Shown: positions 26,141-40,106, counted from the first letter of the stretch. The stretch is 64,000 bases of DNA from Vicugna vicugna (GCA_013265495.1 MU058636.1:2480001-2544000); one strand, 5' to 3'. The notes: generated by a model not told the origin, from the sequence alone. A program made the numbers and translations.

Positions 26141-27150
26141 CCGGGACCTGCTGGCCTTGTCTTGGTCACTGCTGCAGCCACATTACCTAAGCAGTTTCTG
26201 GCATCAAGGACGTACTCATAGTTTTTGAATAAATGAGAAAGGACAGTGACTGCAGGTATGTCGACAGAGTTACAGTTGATATCAGAGATTACTAATTCTG
26301 TTGCCACTCTCTGTGCGTGCTTTGGGGGCCTCAAGCGACGGGATCCGTGTTCCAGTCGGTCTAAGCTTTAGTCGTGTGCAGGAAGGTTTTCTGGGTTTTT
26401 AACACCTGCTTTGGGGTTCGAAGATCCCAGATGCCCAAGGTCTCATGCCTCGTAGAGACAGCTGGCCTTTCTTGATGGTGCATTTCTGAACAGAATCACT
26501 GCATCTTGGAGCTCCAACCCCCTTCCTCTTGGCAGGGGCTTGCGCTGTGCATGTATAGCCCCATATGTCCTTGCGGTTTCGGTGTGGCTCCCATTTTAGA
26601 AGTAAGTGGTTTGTATGTGATTGCTCCTTTAGCGGGTGAGCAGCCCTGTGACTGCATCACCCTGCAGCCCATGTGCGCCACTTCCCATCTCAGTAACAAA
26701 CTGGTGAGAGTCTCTCATCACCACATCATCGTAATGAGGTTCAGGCAGGCGGTTGTGATTTATTATCCGCACTCTTCTAGCCTGGACAGTCAATGGTACA
26801 CTTCCTTAGAGTTTATAGAGTTCTTTCAATAAACCACATCTGAGTTGGAGCCCCTGAAGGTAGGCAGGAGTGACAGCAGGGGCCCCGTTCAGTGCACAAG
26901 GAAACAGCAGCGTGGCTGTTAAGTCCTTGTTTGGATTCTGTTGTCTGAAATCCAGTGGGCCTAGGTCTTGAGTCTCAGTGCTGAGATCTTGAAGTGTGAT
27001 GTGGTTTCCAACCCTGCCTGCCTGTCTCAGGTGTGCAGTGATTCCTGTCTGAGGTGTGTATTGGGCTGTAATATTGGTTATGAGAGGATACTTGGTTGCA
27101 TCTTGGCTTTGAATATCTACAGTTCAGAACTGCATGCCTGTGTGATTGGC

Positions 27151-27248
27151 TGTATGAGTCAGGGTTCTCCAGAAGCCATAAGATGTGCATATGTATGTGT
27201 GTGTATGTATGTGTGTGTATATATATACATATATATATATATAAAAAG

Positions 27249-27305
<57 letters not shown>

Positions 27306-27652
27306 AAGAGAAAGATGTATTTTAAGGAATTGGCTCATGGGACTGCGGGGGCTGGTATGTCTGCAGTCTGCAGGGCAGGCTGACAGGTGGGAGACCCAGG
27401 GAAGAGCTGATACTGCAGCTTGTCTGGAGGCCAGCTGGAGGCAGTTCCATATTCCTTGGCAGAACCTCAGATTTTCCCTTAAAGCCTTCAGATGATTGGA
27501 TGAGGCCCACCCATCTTATGGAGGAAAATGTGCTTTAACTCAAAGTCTAATCTCATCTAAAAAAAACCTTCACAGCCACGTGTACATTAGTGTTTAACCA
27601 AAAACTAGGCACTGTGGTCCAGCCAGGTTGACGCATAAAATTAACTATCGTA
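27151..27652 (-). mobile_element. MLT2 (ERVL) solo LTR with internal (TA)n/(CA)n expansion
   Basis: TGTATGAGTCAGGGTTCTCCAGA start, GATTGGATGAGGCCCACC, end GTTGACGCATAAAATTAACTATCGTA; 5-bp TSD TTGGC at 27146-27150 and 27653-27657. Confidence 0.88.
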
Positions 27653-28539
27653 TTGGCTAGCTAGCTAGTGCTTGAAATTGGCATCTTTACAAAGAGAATT
27701 CTAATATGTTTGGTTTGGAAACAAAATGTTTAAACTTCCCCTAGCACTGTTAACCAAATAATAATAATGAAATAAAGTAATCATTAAAAACAGGAGTCCT
27801 TAATCATATAGTATTTTTTTATGATGCCCTACAAAATAGTACTTAGTTAATAGTACTAAAGAGATAACCTACTCTTTTTGTGTCAGTACCAAAATAGCAA
27901 AAAATTAGCAAGTCCTAGAAAATTCTCTAGCTGCTTAGAGGAGTGGATTCCATCAGTCACAACCTTTTATTTTCGAGACTTGCTTGAAGATGTTTCATTT
28001 ATTTGCACATCTTTGAGAGATTTGGAAATTATTTGATTTTTTAATCTTCTTAGATAATTTGCTTTTGGTGTTTTAATTAACTCTTGATTCAAGAATTAAT
28101 TATCCTCTTTGAATACTTCTCAAACTCAGAAGTTATTCAATGGTTGGCATCACAAACCAAGGCCTTATAACCTATGGAAATAATACCCATTGTGAAATAT
28201 TTAGGAAGTTTACAGGTTAGACAGGGTTTCTTGATTTGGGGGATAATCTTCCTCAGAGAAAATCGGTATAAGCTGCATTTATTGAGAGTGGTAGCAAATC
28301 CCCCTTGATTACATGCGGTAAATGTGAGTGAATCCTCGACTCTGTTACCATGGTCTGGTGGTAAGAGGCCTGCAATAGCAATTTCACATAGTGGACATCA
28401 TCCACTGTGCCAGGAAACTCCCTATGAGACATACCAGGCACTGTACTTCCAATATGTGGATAATGCAGTTCAAATAAGTTGTTACTGCCTTAATCCAATC
28501 ATGGGCAGGATTCTGTAGCATCATTTGTCATAAATATGA

Positions 28540-29045
28540 GGTTTTTTTAATTGATGTATAATTGACTATAATGGATTAATTTCAGGTGTACAACATAGTG
28601 ATTCAATATTTGTATACACTGACGAATGATCATAATAATTCTAATTAACATTTACCACCTTACATAGTTAAAAATTTTTTTCTTGTGATAAGAACTTATT
28701 AAGACTTACTCTCTTAGCAACTTTCAAATATACACTATAGTATTATTAACTGTAGTCACCGTGCTGTTCATTACGTCCCCATGACTTATTTATTTTATAG
28801 CTGGAAGTTTGTACCTTTTGACCTCCTTCACCCATTTTTCCCACTCCTTATTCCCCATCTCTGGTAACTACCTGTCTGTTCTCTGTATCTCTGAGCTTGA
28901 TTGTTTGTTTGTTTAGATTCCACAAGTGAAATCTGTATTTTGCTTTCTCTGTATGACTTATTTCACTTAGTTTAATGCCCTCAGGGTTCACCCATATTGT
29001 CACAAATGGCAAGAGTTTATTCTTTTTTGTGGCTGAATAATATTC

Positions 29046-29101
<56 letters not shown>

Positions 29102-29190
29102 CACATTATCTTTGTCTGTTCATCCATTGATGGACACTTGGGTTGTTTCCATATCTTGACTATTGTAAATCGTGCTGCAGTGAACATGGG
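28540..29190 (-). mobile_element. L1 3' fragment (L1MA9-like) containing (TG)n at ~29048-29099
   Basis: TTTCAGGTGTACAACATAGTGATTCA, CTCTTAGCAACTTTCAAATATAC, CCATTGATGGACACTTGGGTTG. Confidence 0.87.
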
Positions 29191-30204
29191 AGAAAGATGA
29201 GTATTATACAGACAAAATTTAACTTCTTTTACTTTCAGCATGTAACCACCCTGAGTCTGAATACACATGCTTAACATACTCCTGTTTATACTGGGAGGAG
29301 GGAGGCATTTGATGAAATTGTCCATCAATCAGGAACTTTCCAGGAAGGTTTAAACTAGCAAACTGTCATGATGGTTTATTGAATAAACCATGGTGTATAT
29401 TCCTCATTGTCTTGTCAGTAAGAAGAAAAAGGAAAGCTCTGGTCTATCAAGAAGCCCTTGATGTTACCCAGTGGAAGACATGCTGGGGAAGTGAAAGCAT
29501 CACGGTCTGTGTCATCCTTGTCATCATCACTGTAATTATCTTAAAAAAGCCTCTGTTGTGTTGTTGGTGACAGTCTGGATCTTCTTCACGTGAAGCACTG
29601 CCAGGTCTGATTGGCTCAGGACATTAAAAGTTGGGGCACATGGAGGCAGTACCTGGAGTGGCCTGTTCTCATTCCCCTTTTCCAAGCCAGCCACTCACAC
29701 ACATGCGTCCGCGTCACCCAGAGGACACAGCCTGTGTGAAACTTTCATCATCACTGGAAAAATAGCCCAGCCCAGGAATCAGGAGTCTGTAAATGTGGAG
29801 AGTGCACTTTATTTTTATGAACATCGTATTAGAAACATGTACAAACATGAAGACGTTGGAGATACGTGAAGAACTACACTTCACTCTGATATTTAGTTTA
29901 ATAACATTTATTTTTAAAAATTATCTAAATAATGGCTTGTTGTTTACACCACTGTTAGAATGCAGTAAATAAAAATGATCTGTAATACCACTTTTCAACA
30001 GCACTGTTGCTGAGATTACAATCTTTGTCTCTCCAAGTTTATTTTTGCTGCATCATTGTGTATAAAGTTTCTACAGTGGTGATTCTTATGTTTTTAGCTA
30101 ACATTACATCTTAAGTATCTTCCTCCACAAAAAATAATATTCAAAAATTAATTTGGAATGTTTGCATATTTTTCATTATTTGTACGCACCAGCATATATT
30201 TGAT

Positions 30205-30900
30205 ACTATGAGGCTGGGACAGAGTACAAATGGAGACCTCCTACTATATGGTTATGCATTTAAAAGTTATAATTGAGGTAACAACCTGTTAAATAAAATA
30301 GGTTCTAGACCCTTACCTTGATAAACATATTATTACAATGGCAAAATAAAAATGTATAATGTTATGATTTTTATATGAATGAAAGTCAGAAAGATACCAA
30401 ATTTGACTGAATTTATTATTTTGGACTATTATTATTGCATGCAGAATAATGGCCCAGGGATGCAATTAAATCGTGATTTAATAAAGAAAATGAAGTCCAG
30501 GGATTTCATCTCACCGGTTCAGAGCTCAGACCTGGTGTGGGTGTTTCCCCTGCTAATTTTTAGTGCTTTGATCAGTAACTGAATCTTCATTAAATAAAGA
30601 ATTTGTTATGTTCTGTTTATGAATTTTATGTGGATCATGCTCTTCAGAAGCTTGCTCACTTTCAGTTTCAACATTTGAAAAATTAAAGCAGATTGCTTCT
30701 TTGAAGATTTTAAATTTGTTAGCCTTTTTTCCTTTCTGAGTTCTACTTTCATAATTTCTGTTTCTAAAACAATCTTCACTTGTACTAATTCCTAGTCATC
30801 TAAAGGATTAAAAAGTAAAATGTAATTGCAAAATGTGAATGTATTTTTATCAAAATGTAAATTAAATATAAAAAATTTAATTAAAATTAAAAAGTATTTT
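30205..30900. mobile_element. MER63-like hAT-Blackjack element
   Basis: AGAGTACAAATGGAGACC..TTTAAAAGTTATAA..AACAACCTGTTAAATAAAATA..CCTTACCTTGATAAA resembles MER63; right boundary uncertain. Confidence 0.55.
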
Positions 30901-30934
30901 CTTTTCTAAAATATTCAAATTATGTGTGAATTAA

Positions 30935-31890
30935 AAAGCACAGGCAACAAAAGCAAAAATAAACACGTGGGACTACATCAGACTAAAAAGATTCCGCCCA
31001 GCAAAGGAAACAATCGACACAATGAAAAGGCAAAAAAAGAAAAAAACAGAAAGAAAGAAAGAAAGGCAACCTACTGAATGGGAGAAAATATTTGCAAACC
31101 ATATATCTAATAATGGGTTAATATCTAAACTATAGAAAGAAACCCATACGACTCAATAGCAAAAAAAAAAATCCGAATAATCCAATTAAAACTGGACAGA
31201 AGACTTAAGCAGACACTTTTCTAAAGAAGACATACAGATGGCCCACAAGTACACGAAAAAATGCTCAACATCTCATCCTCAGGGAAATGCAACTCGAAAC
31301 CACAATGAGGTATCACCTCACACCTGTTTGAATAGTTAGTATCGAAAAGACAAGAAAAAGCAAGTGCTGAAGAAGATGGGCAGAAAAGGGAGCCCTCGTG
31401 CACTGCGGGTGGGAATGCAAGCCGGTGCAGCCACCGTGGAGAACAATGTGGAGGCTCCTCAAAAGATTAAACGAGAACTACCAGCAGTTCCACATCTGAG
31501 CGTGTGTCTGAAGGAAATGTCTAAAGGAAGAGCTGAGCGTAGAATGGGTTGCCAGGGGCTGGGGAGGTGAGGGGAATGGGGAGATGCTGCAAGGGAACAA
31601 ACTTTCAGTTATAGGATGAATACGTTCTGGGGATCTAATGTCGAGCTGGTGATTATAGTTAATAAAACTGTATTGTCTGCTTGAAAGTTGGCAAGAGAGT
31701 AGATCTTAAATGTTCTCACCACACAAACACACACGGTAACTATGTGAGGTGATGGAGGGGTAGACTAACCTTGCTTTGGGCCTCATTTTGCAGTACATAC
31801 ACACGTCAGATCATAGTGCTGTACACCTTGAACGTACGCAATGCTGCATGCCAGTTGCGGCTCAGTAAAGCTGGGGGGAAAAAGAAAAAA
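30935..31890 (+). mobile_element. L1 (L1MA9-like) ORF2 end plus 3' UTR with internal deletion
   Basis: KAQATKAKINTWDYIRL and WEKIFANHIS coding remnants; GAGAGTAGATCTTAAATGTTCTCACCAC, GGTAACTATGTGAGGTGATGG. Confidence 0.87.
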
Positions 31891-32089
31891 ACGTTGGAGA
31901 GTGTCCAACAAAACAGAAAAAGGAATCAAATTCATAAATAAAATCGCTTCCCAGTGAAGCTGCAGGGAAGTCACAATAGCAACTATACGGCCTGCAAACA
32001 GCCTGCAAGATGGAAGTGTGGCCACCTGTGCTGTGGAACCATGAATTTGAGTGTGAAGAGAAGCAAGACACGGAGACTCCTTCCTACTG

Positions 32090-32433
32090 AGAAATGACGT
32101 CCGTCATCCTGAGGTCGTTGCACTCATGTTGTCCGAGAGGGAGGACTTGGAAACAGTCTTGCCCCTTAGCTGCATCCTTTGTCCCTCAGTGCGGCACCCA
32201 CTCCCCACGCTGGCAGCAGCACAGCCCGCGCGCCTCGCGCTTTTATTTCAGAGCCGTGGGCCAGAGCTGTGCAGACGCTTCCCCCCGGGGCCTGGACGGT
32301 GTTGGTGACCAGCGGAGATGCGTAGCGCTCTAGGTCCCGCGGTGCTGGAGCAGAGGGCAGGATCCCGGGTGGCAGAGGACTGGCTTGGTGCCTTTGTGGA
32401 TTTGTGGTTTTCGAGGGCAGCTGATGCAAATGG
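32090..32433 (+). promoter_or_regulatory. CpG-enriched unique segment; candidate alternative first exon
   Basis: CCCGCGCGCCTCGCGC and other CpGs; possible donor ATGG|GTATGA at 32433|32434, then an abrupt switch to AT-rich sequence. Confidence 0.35.
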
Positions 32434-34710
32434 GTATGAGTAGTATTTTTATTTAGTTTGTTAAATCACCTGTGTCTGATTCCAGACTTCGCTCACAAAT
32501 CAGTATTGTCTATTCTCTACCCCGACACACGGAAAAATAATGCTGGAAAGCAGAGATGGGTGTTGGACTTGGGATTTTAAAAATGCTAAGGAATGCATCA
32601 CCACTTTGATCATCTGAAAACATTTTAAAGATATTTGGATTAAGAGTGTTTTTTTAAAAAATAATAAGAGCCTGATACTGACTTATTATCAGCCATGCCT
32701 TTTCTTTAATATTAGTAAATTGAGGTCAGACACATGGTCCAGGGCCACTGAAACACACCAGAATGAGCTGTTTCTTAAGGAAAACAAATCCTGTGGTTTT
32801 GGTATGGAACTCCATGCATCTGTGCCTGGTGAACCAGGGGCTTAGAATGCATCCAAAGGAATCCACAGGTTTTCATTTTAAGAAATAAACTGGGTGTCCA
32901 TTCTCTCAAGCTGAGAAGGGACTTGTAATAAAAAAAAATTCAAATTAATAGTTGAGATAAAGATGAAACTCATTAGGATTTTAGCAAAAAGAGCTACAGA
33001 AAAATTGAATGGGCTGCAGTGTGCCAAAATAGCAATCCTGGGTGTTTATTTGCATATATGATGGGGTGCAGGCATTATATTTATTGCTGTTGCCTCTAAT
33101 AACAGCTCCACCTTCTGTTTTCATAATGCTTCTGTTTTACACAGAGCTTCCCACATTCTTCAGTACGCTTAGTTCTTATTTAAACATGTGAGAAAATGGA
33201 CACAAATAGACCGAGGTCCTAAACAGCAAAGGTCTGAAAGCTTCCATGAGGCCAAAATGGGACACGGATTTAGATGTTCCTATCCTGTTTATCTTAGTTC
33301 TGTCTGTGACGCTAAACTTTCCTTTGTCAATGAAGTAATGGCTGAAGTCCGTGTGCTGTACACCAACAGCCCTGCTGTACCACTCATGGCAACTCTGATG
33401 CCAAGGGTGAAGCCCCACATGTGAATTGTGACTTTAACATTAACGAGAACTTCTGAAATTCACAAGATACAGACAGGATTGACTCTGAGGGTGTTAAAAA
33501 TTATACGTACAGACCGATTATTGTAGAGAAAGAAATATTTGCTCAGATCAAACTGCTTTTGAAAGCTCTCATCATCTTAGAGCTGCACAAAGAAAGCTCT
33601 GGAGGGTGTGAGGATGCTGCCTGCAGGTGGGGATGTGCAGGGAGGTGCCAGCCCGCAGATCACAGCCGTCACAGGTTCTGTAATGAATGGCTTCTCTGAT
33701 GAAGTGACCGTCCTCTTCTTCCAGGGCCCCCCGCCACAGAAATAGTCAGCATTATTAATCTATGAAGTAGTAGGTCCCTGCAAAGCCCTTTAACATTATT
33801 TTAGCAGGTGGCCTTGCGAGGAGTCAGCTAAAATCATGCCTATTCAGCACCAGGCAGCATTTCAACCACCAGAGTTTCAGAATAAGCAGTATGCGTTTGT
33901 ACATTTCGCTGTTCAAAAATCCCAAAATGATCGTAGTTTTTTAAAGGGTTCAATTGTCAATAACTCTAGAAGGAAACCCACGTGGGTTAGTCTTACCTTC
34001 TGGTCCACGGTGCAGTAGGACCTAAGTCCTATGGTGACAGCCTCCTGTTGACACCCCACATCTTGAGAGCTGTGGGCATTAGAGAATCACCTTTGCATCC
34101 TTTAAGGGTCGCTTCCTGTCTCAGGAGAGAAATGTGCACCTTGAAAAGATAACTTTAAAAATTATTTTACGATTTTGCGATTTTGTGAATTTTTTCAAAC
34201 ATATAAAAATAATTCATCTTGTATGCATATCCACGTACAAGAGATGCTGATTTTTTGGCATTTGCTGAAGTTCTTTTTTTTTTTTAATATTTCGGGTACA
34301 TCTACAGCCTCACACCCCTATCTTAATCCCTCTGCTGTGCAGAAGTCTGTGCAGAAGTAGGTGTGGATCCTTTCCTTGCATGGTGTTATCCTTTTACTAT
34401 GTGTGTCTGTATCCAAAGAAATACACAACTAATTTTTGTATGTTTTAAGTCTATACACTCTCTGTATTATGTAACTTGTTTTTTTTTTTTGAGGAAAATG
34501 TAGCATTAATTTTAAGGTTTATCAAAGTGGATACTTAGATTTAGTTTATTCAGTTTTCACTGTTCAGTGATATGAATGTGAAATCTTATTTTTTCCATCT
34601 GCTTTGTTGGACATTGAGATTATTTAAAATCTTTCAGTCTCAGCCAAAGTCATGCAACAAAACTTCTGACGCATAGGTCCACGGACGCATGGGAGGGATA
34701 TCCTCTAAGC

Positions 34711-34967
34711 CAGTGTTTTTCAAGCTTTCCCACATTCATGTGTCATGAAATCAGTTTAATGGATTACAACCCATGTTAAAAAACGAATGAAAATGTGTTA
34801 TGAATTGTATAGTGATGAATGATGTCCAAGTGCACTGCACACCGTGAGGGTGGGGTTGCCCAGGCTCTCCTTCTGGTTAGATGTGTTTGTGTGCAGGTGC
34901 ACTGGGTCGTGGTGTCAAATGCATTTCTTGCCGAGGGTCGGAGTAAAGGGAGGTTGGGGTCCCGCTG
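34711..34967. mobile_element. MER103C-like hAT-Charlie element within an old L1M
   Basis: CAGTGTTTTTCAAG..TCATGAAATCAGTTTAATGG..ACTGGGTCGTGGTGTCAAATGCATTTCTTG. Confidence 0.6.
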
Positions 34968-35709
34968 CTGGCTCACAGGCTGTGTGCACCTGCAGCTTTG
35001 CTGATGGTTCCCAAATGGCTCCTGAATGTGGCTATATCTTAGTCACAGTGTTTTTCCTGTGTCACCACTTTTAGCCCTGGAACTTGGTGACGGGGTTTCT
35101 AATGGTAAATTGAATCTGCTTTTCCTGAATACTAGTGAGACGGATAGCAAGTCATTTCTAAGTGTTGGAAACAAATGGGGAGAAGGTTTATATTTTTTAT
35201 TTTAACACAGCCCTGGATAGTCATGAGAAAAGTAAGCAAGGCATGGGAAAAGTGGAGGCTGGGCTCCTTACTGGTTTGTTAGGGAAGAAGGAAGGTGAGA
35301 AATACCTGATCCTTCGATGTCTGATGTTAAGGACTTCAGCCTTAGCAAAGGAATGGCGGAGCTTTCTGCTGTCTAGTGTGTGATGTGAGTGGTATTGCTA
35401 AGTGTAAACAGTGGTTATACTTGGGCAGAGGGTGCAAACAGACGCCTTCAGAAGCTGCAGGTCTGTATAAGGCTCTATGCTGGGCGTGCTGGGTGTGGTG
35501 TGTTTGTGCTTTCACCACGTGGGACTGTTCTTCACTGACTCAAAGAATTATTCTCCCCCCTAGTTTTCTTGGGTCAGGCTGCTCTCTTAATCTTTTACTT
35601 TCCAGCTTTGATCCCTGTGTGTGCAGACAAGTAATGGGGATGGTGCGTGGTACCCGGCAGTGGGTGTCCAGATGCAGAGGTGATGGACAGTGACGTGTCC
35701 TGGAGAGGG

Positions 35710-35965
35710 CGTGGCCGATCTAATTGGACAGCTGGGATCCCTCTTTGGGGGACTTTAGTCTTTTGGGAGCGTGAATCCAATGTTGCTAGATATTTTCATG
35801 TGTTTTCCAAGAGAAGTTAGAAATGTTTTTAAATTAGTTAAATTTTGTGAAATCTCCTGATTTGATTTTAAAATACTGACCCCCATTTAAAAAAACAAAA
35901 ACAAAAACAGTTTTAGCCAAATACATCATATCTCAATTGAGTCTGCAGGCCACTGGTTTGCACTG
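35710..35965. mobile_element. MER102-like hAT-Charlie element
   Basis: TGTTGCTAGAT..CAAGAGAAGTTAGAAAT..TGTGAAATCTCCTGATTT. Confidence 0.6.
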
Positions 35966-37164
35966 ACTTCCTGTGTTAGGAGAATGGAATTGTGAAATGG
36001 CTTAAGTTTTAAAAGATCATGAACACTAGGGCTGATTCCTTATGACCTACTCCGTCATTTGACTTGTCTCTTCCTTAGTGTATAAATGATGTTAAAGGAG
36101 CTGTGAACATCCATTTGTCCTTTTCCTTAGCACCCACTGCAGTGCTTGGTGTATAGTATGTTCATAAGAAATGTCAGATCAATGAACACGTGCCTGATGA
36201 AAACAAGCAGTTCCTGTGATCCTTTAGAATCGACAAAGTTAAAAACTGTCGTTACTCTTTGTCAGATTTTTATCATTTCCTTGGGACTAATAACAAAAGG
36301 AAATATCTGCCGCATCAGACTCGATGTCACACCCCAGTAGCTTTGCTGTTCACGCAAATGCCACACAGTTAATTCATGATTTAAGAGAAAGCTCAGCACA
36401 TTAATAGATCAGCTCATCGGGAGAATGAATAATAAATGGCCAAGCTATGTATACAAAGGAAACATGCATAGCCCTTGGACAATCACGTAAGAGGGTGGCC
36501 CATCTGGAGCCTTGGCTTCCCTGGGGGAGGTGAGAGGACAGAGTGCTGATCCTTCAGTCATAAAAGAAGAAAATGAAGTTCCCTCTGGCGCATGCCATCA
36601 AGCCCAGGGGACTGCGGTGCTGGGGAAATTCTGAAACAACCGATCCTCTTCCGCACTTCACTCAGCAGGCAGCCCCCCTCCCCGCCTTCAGCAGGATGTT
36701 ACTGAAATGGTTCATGTTGAGTGGGCTGGAATTTTAGCCACAGCCCTTTCCAGTCCTGGTGGACGGAGTCATCGAGGTACGATGTTTATTCAAGTATCTG
36801 AAGTCTAAAAACTGGCTCAGAGCCATCGGAGTCCTCCTTTTCCTCTGATCCCTAGGCCCGCATCTGAAGACCTGACCCCCCTGTGCAGTCCCTGGCCCCT
36901 CCCCACCTGGCCTGGGCCACAGAGGCACATGCGTGGTCAGTGGGACCCTGGCGGTCCTTTCAGCCTCCTGGTACCCCTCCAGCACGCCACAGGGGCGTCT
37001 GCAGGCTGTTTTCTCAGCAGGAGTTTCCAGTCCCACCCCCAGCACCGTGGCCATCGCTTCCAGCCTGGCCTTGACACTGTAGGAAAACTCTCCAGAAGAC
37101 CATGGTCACCGCTGGTCAGCCAACTGGAAGGTCCCTTCCCAATCCTCATTCTCCTTCTTGGCAC

Positions 37165-37950
37165 CGTAATAACATTATGGAGTGCTTTCCATATGCCAGG
37201 CACTGTTTTAAGTGTTTGCTGCATATTATCTCATTAAATCTTTTCCACAACCACGTGGGGAAAATACCATTATCCTGTTTCCTTGATGGGAAAACTGAGG
37301 CACAGAAACATCTTGATCACCTTCACCATTTTGAAACTCAACTCTCTCATTTCCATACCAGCTCATTGCAATGAACATTTAGTGCCTGCTGTATTTCAGT
37401 TATGAAGGTGTGGGATTCCTGCTCCCTGAGTTTACAGCAGAGGGGAGGAGAGCTTGGCACACGCAGCTGTGGAAGCTCATTGGCCATTCTGGGGGTTCAG
37501 AGCCGTCTTCCTGGGGAAGGGGTGGTAGAGCTGTCTTGAAGGCTGATGAGATGGGAGGATGTTCCAGGTCGAGGGCACAGCACAGCCAAAGGCAGAGAGG
37601 CACAAAGCGGCCTGATGTTCTATGAGGACAGCAGACCGTCTGATGTGACTCAGTTGATGCGACTGCACCAGGTGGGACACTGGAGGAGGCCTTGCATGAC
37701 GTGCTCATGAGCTTGGCCTTCGCTGAGCACCTGGTCGTGGCTGTCAAACTTGAAGCTCGGGATAGATATGGGCAGAGTCATAGTACAGGATATTGTGGTG
37801 CGTTTTTCAGGGTGGATAGTGGGCGGAAGGTTAAGATCACGGGGGATCAGCTACGTGGCTGTTGGGTGGTCCAGCGGAGCCCAGGGAGGGACGGTGAGAT
37901 CAGCATAGAGTCATGGAAGCATATATTGTAGGATGATGCAAGACATTGTG
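37165..37950 (-). mobile_element. MIR (~37165-37290) followed by L2 fragments
   Basis: ATGCCAGGCACTGTTTTAAGTG, GATGGGAAAACTGAGGCACAGA; then CATTGCAATGAACATTTAGTGCCTG and purine-rich L2-like sequence. Confidence 0.62.
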
Positions 37951-40106
37951 GAAGTTAAAACCAGTAGGGCATTTTAATAATGGCAGAAGATTGGAAGTAA
38001 CCTGATCTGCTGGTGAAGGATGATTATTTACGTTATGTGGATACAGTGGCATACGATCAAATGTCATAGAGGAAAAAGGTGGCTTTGTGTGAACTGGCAA
38101 GGACCCACCAAGAGAGTGGAAGTGGGTGGAAGGAGAGAGATGCAAAAGTTTTTTGAGTCTTGTGCTCATTCTGATTGTAAAGAACGAATGTGCATAGACT
38201 AACTCTGGAAGGAAGTAACTGCCCCTTCCAGGACAGTCAGGTAGCTGGGGATGGGATGGGCAGGGGACGTGGGTTTCACCAAGACCAGGTGGATCCTTCC
38301 ATCTTTTGAACTCGGTGCTATGGGTGTAGACTGCCTGTGCTTTGCAGACCTCTGGTTATGAACTGGGTCTCAGGAGGGGTGGGGAGAATCGTCTGTGACC
38401 CCAGGTTCATGAACGTCAGTGAGCAGTCTGGCAGGGGCTGGGGGGTGGGCTGTGGGTGGAGGAAGGGGGAGGGGAGATGAGTTGGAGATACAGCTGTATA
38501 TATTTTTTTCTCACAGTAGATTTAAGAAATTTATGATCAGTAAACCTCCTGACTGTGTCTCTTTTCCATTTAAAATTGCCCAAAGTGGTATTTTAAGATA
38601 TTTTAACCCAATTGACCATTTAGAGCAATTTTAGGAGAGCAGGAAGTTTAGCTCAGGGAGATTCTTTTTTCCTTTTTCTGCAGGACAGGAGGCAGCTGCT
38701 AGTGCTGCTCCTTTAGCTACAGTGGGAGAACCAGCACCCCCACATCTCCCCACAACCCTGGCACCCCGTTAACTCCAGTATTAAATGCAAGTGGCTGCCC
38801 CGCCCCTGCCTCCCCACCCCGGCCCCATCCTTCCAGAGGTCCTGTGGGAGCTCCTAGCTGGCCTGTGAGTCCACAACGGTGGGAGGGGAGGAGCTGTGAA
38901 AAGCAGTGGCAGCTTAGAGGGGCTGACCCTGGGGGCAGACCTAAGACGGGGTCAGCCTGCTGTTGTGGGCGTCCTGGGTTCAGAATATGTTTGGATAGAT
39001 GGTTTAGGCGTTTTCATCTTTATTGCCTATACTCCCTGGAATTCAATCAATTACATGATCTTTTGGATCACTAGTCAACTTTCAAGGCATGCAAATGTCT
39101 TTGGATAGATTATGAAACAGTTGGGCATTCTTACATTGGTGTAGACTTGTTCCAGGAGGATAGAGTTAGGGGTGGAGTGGATCAGAGGACCGCTGTGTCC
39201 CTCCAGCTCCAAGGGTCTGTGAATCAGGTTGCTGGCATTGGGATTAAGAAGTTTGAGAGCCGAGCCACTTGGCAGGCGGATCCTTTTGGGGGAGAATGGG
39301 CAGGCCTGGTGGGAGATGGAGGGCAGCTCTGCAAGTGGAGAGTTAGAGGCAGACTTACAAAGTGAGCCCAGAGGAAAGCAAAGAACCTTTACGTGTTTCT
39401 ACAGATCTTGTCCAAGGCTCACACTCTTCTTAGGAGAAGGAAAGGAGAATCTTCTGAATGACCAGAACTCAAGCAGGTATTATAATCAGTCATTCAGGAG
39501 TTAAATTGATTCTGGGGAATTAACCTGGAAATGTACACACTGTTGTATTTTTAAATTAAACACTTATAATTTAAACACTGAACTTAAAATTTAGATAAAA
39601 CCATATTATATTTTTTTATGGGATAATGTTTTCTTAGTTCCAAATAATTTACTTGTGCCTAAACCTTTAGACTATTACCAACTTGGTAAATCAGCTCTAT
39701 TTCAATAACAAAACAAAGAGGGAAACTGTCTTTACTTGGTCTCTATTAAGCAATTACTTGACAGAACAGAGCTTTTTGAGTAACAGACATTTATAGACTG
39801 TTAATAGCCTCACTTGTACATCCGTCATCATAATGTTACTTTGCTATATTATCAGGTGGAGAGGAAAGCCTTTATGATAATCAAGATGACAGATACTTGT
39901 TTGTTTCTCTTCGCTGGGAGGCAGGCAGAGAAAAAGATAATTAAACAAAACAGTACCAATTCAGTTTTTGAGCTGATGGAGTTCAGGATTTATTTTGTTA
40001 ATGAGAAATTCAAACATCGTGCATCCAGAAAGTTATCATTTTTGCCTGTTTACTGTTTTCAGCTCAACAATACTAATTTACAAAATGAACCTCTCTTGGC
40101 TTCATA

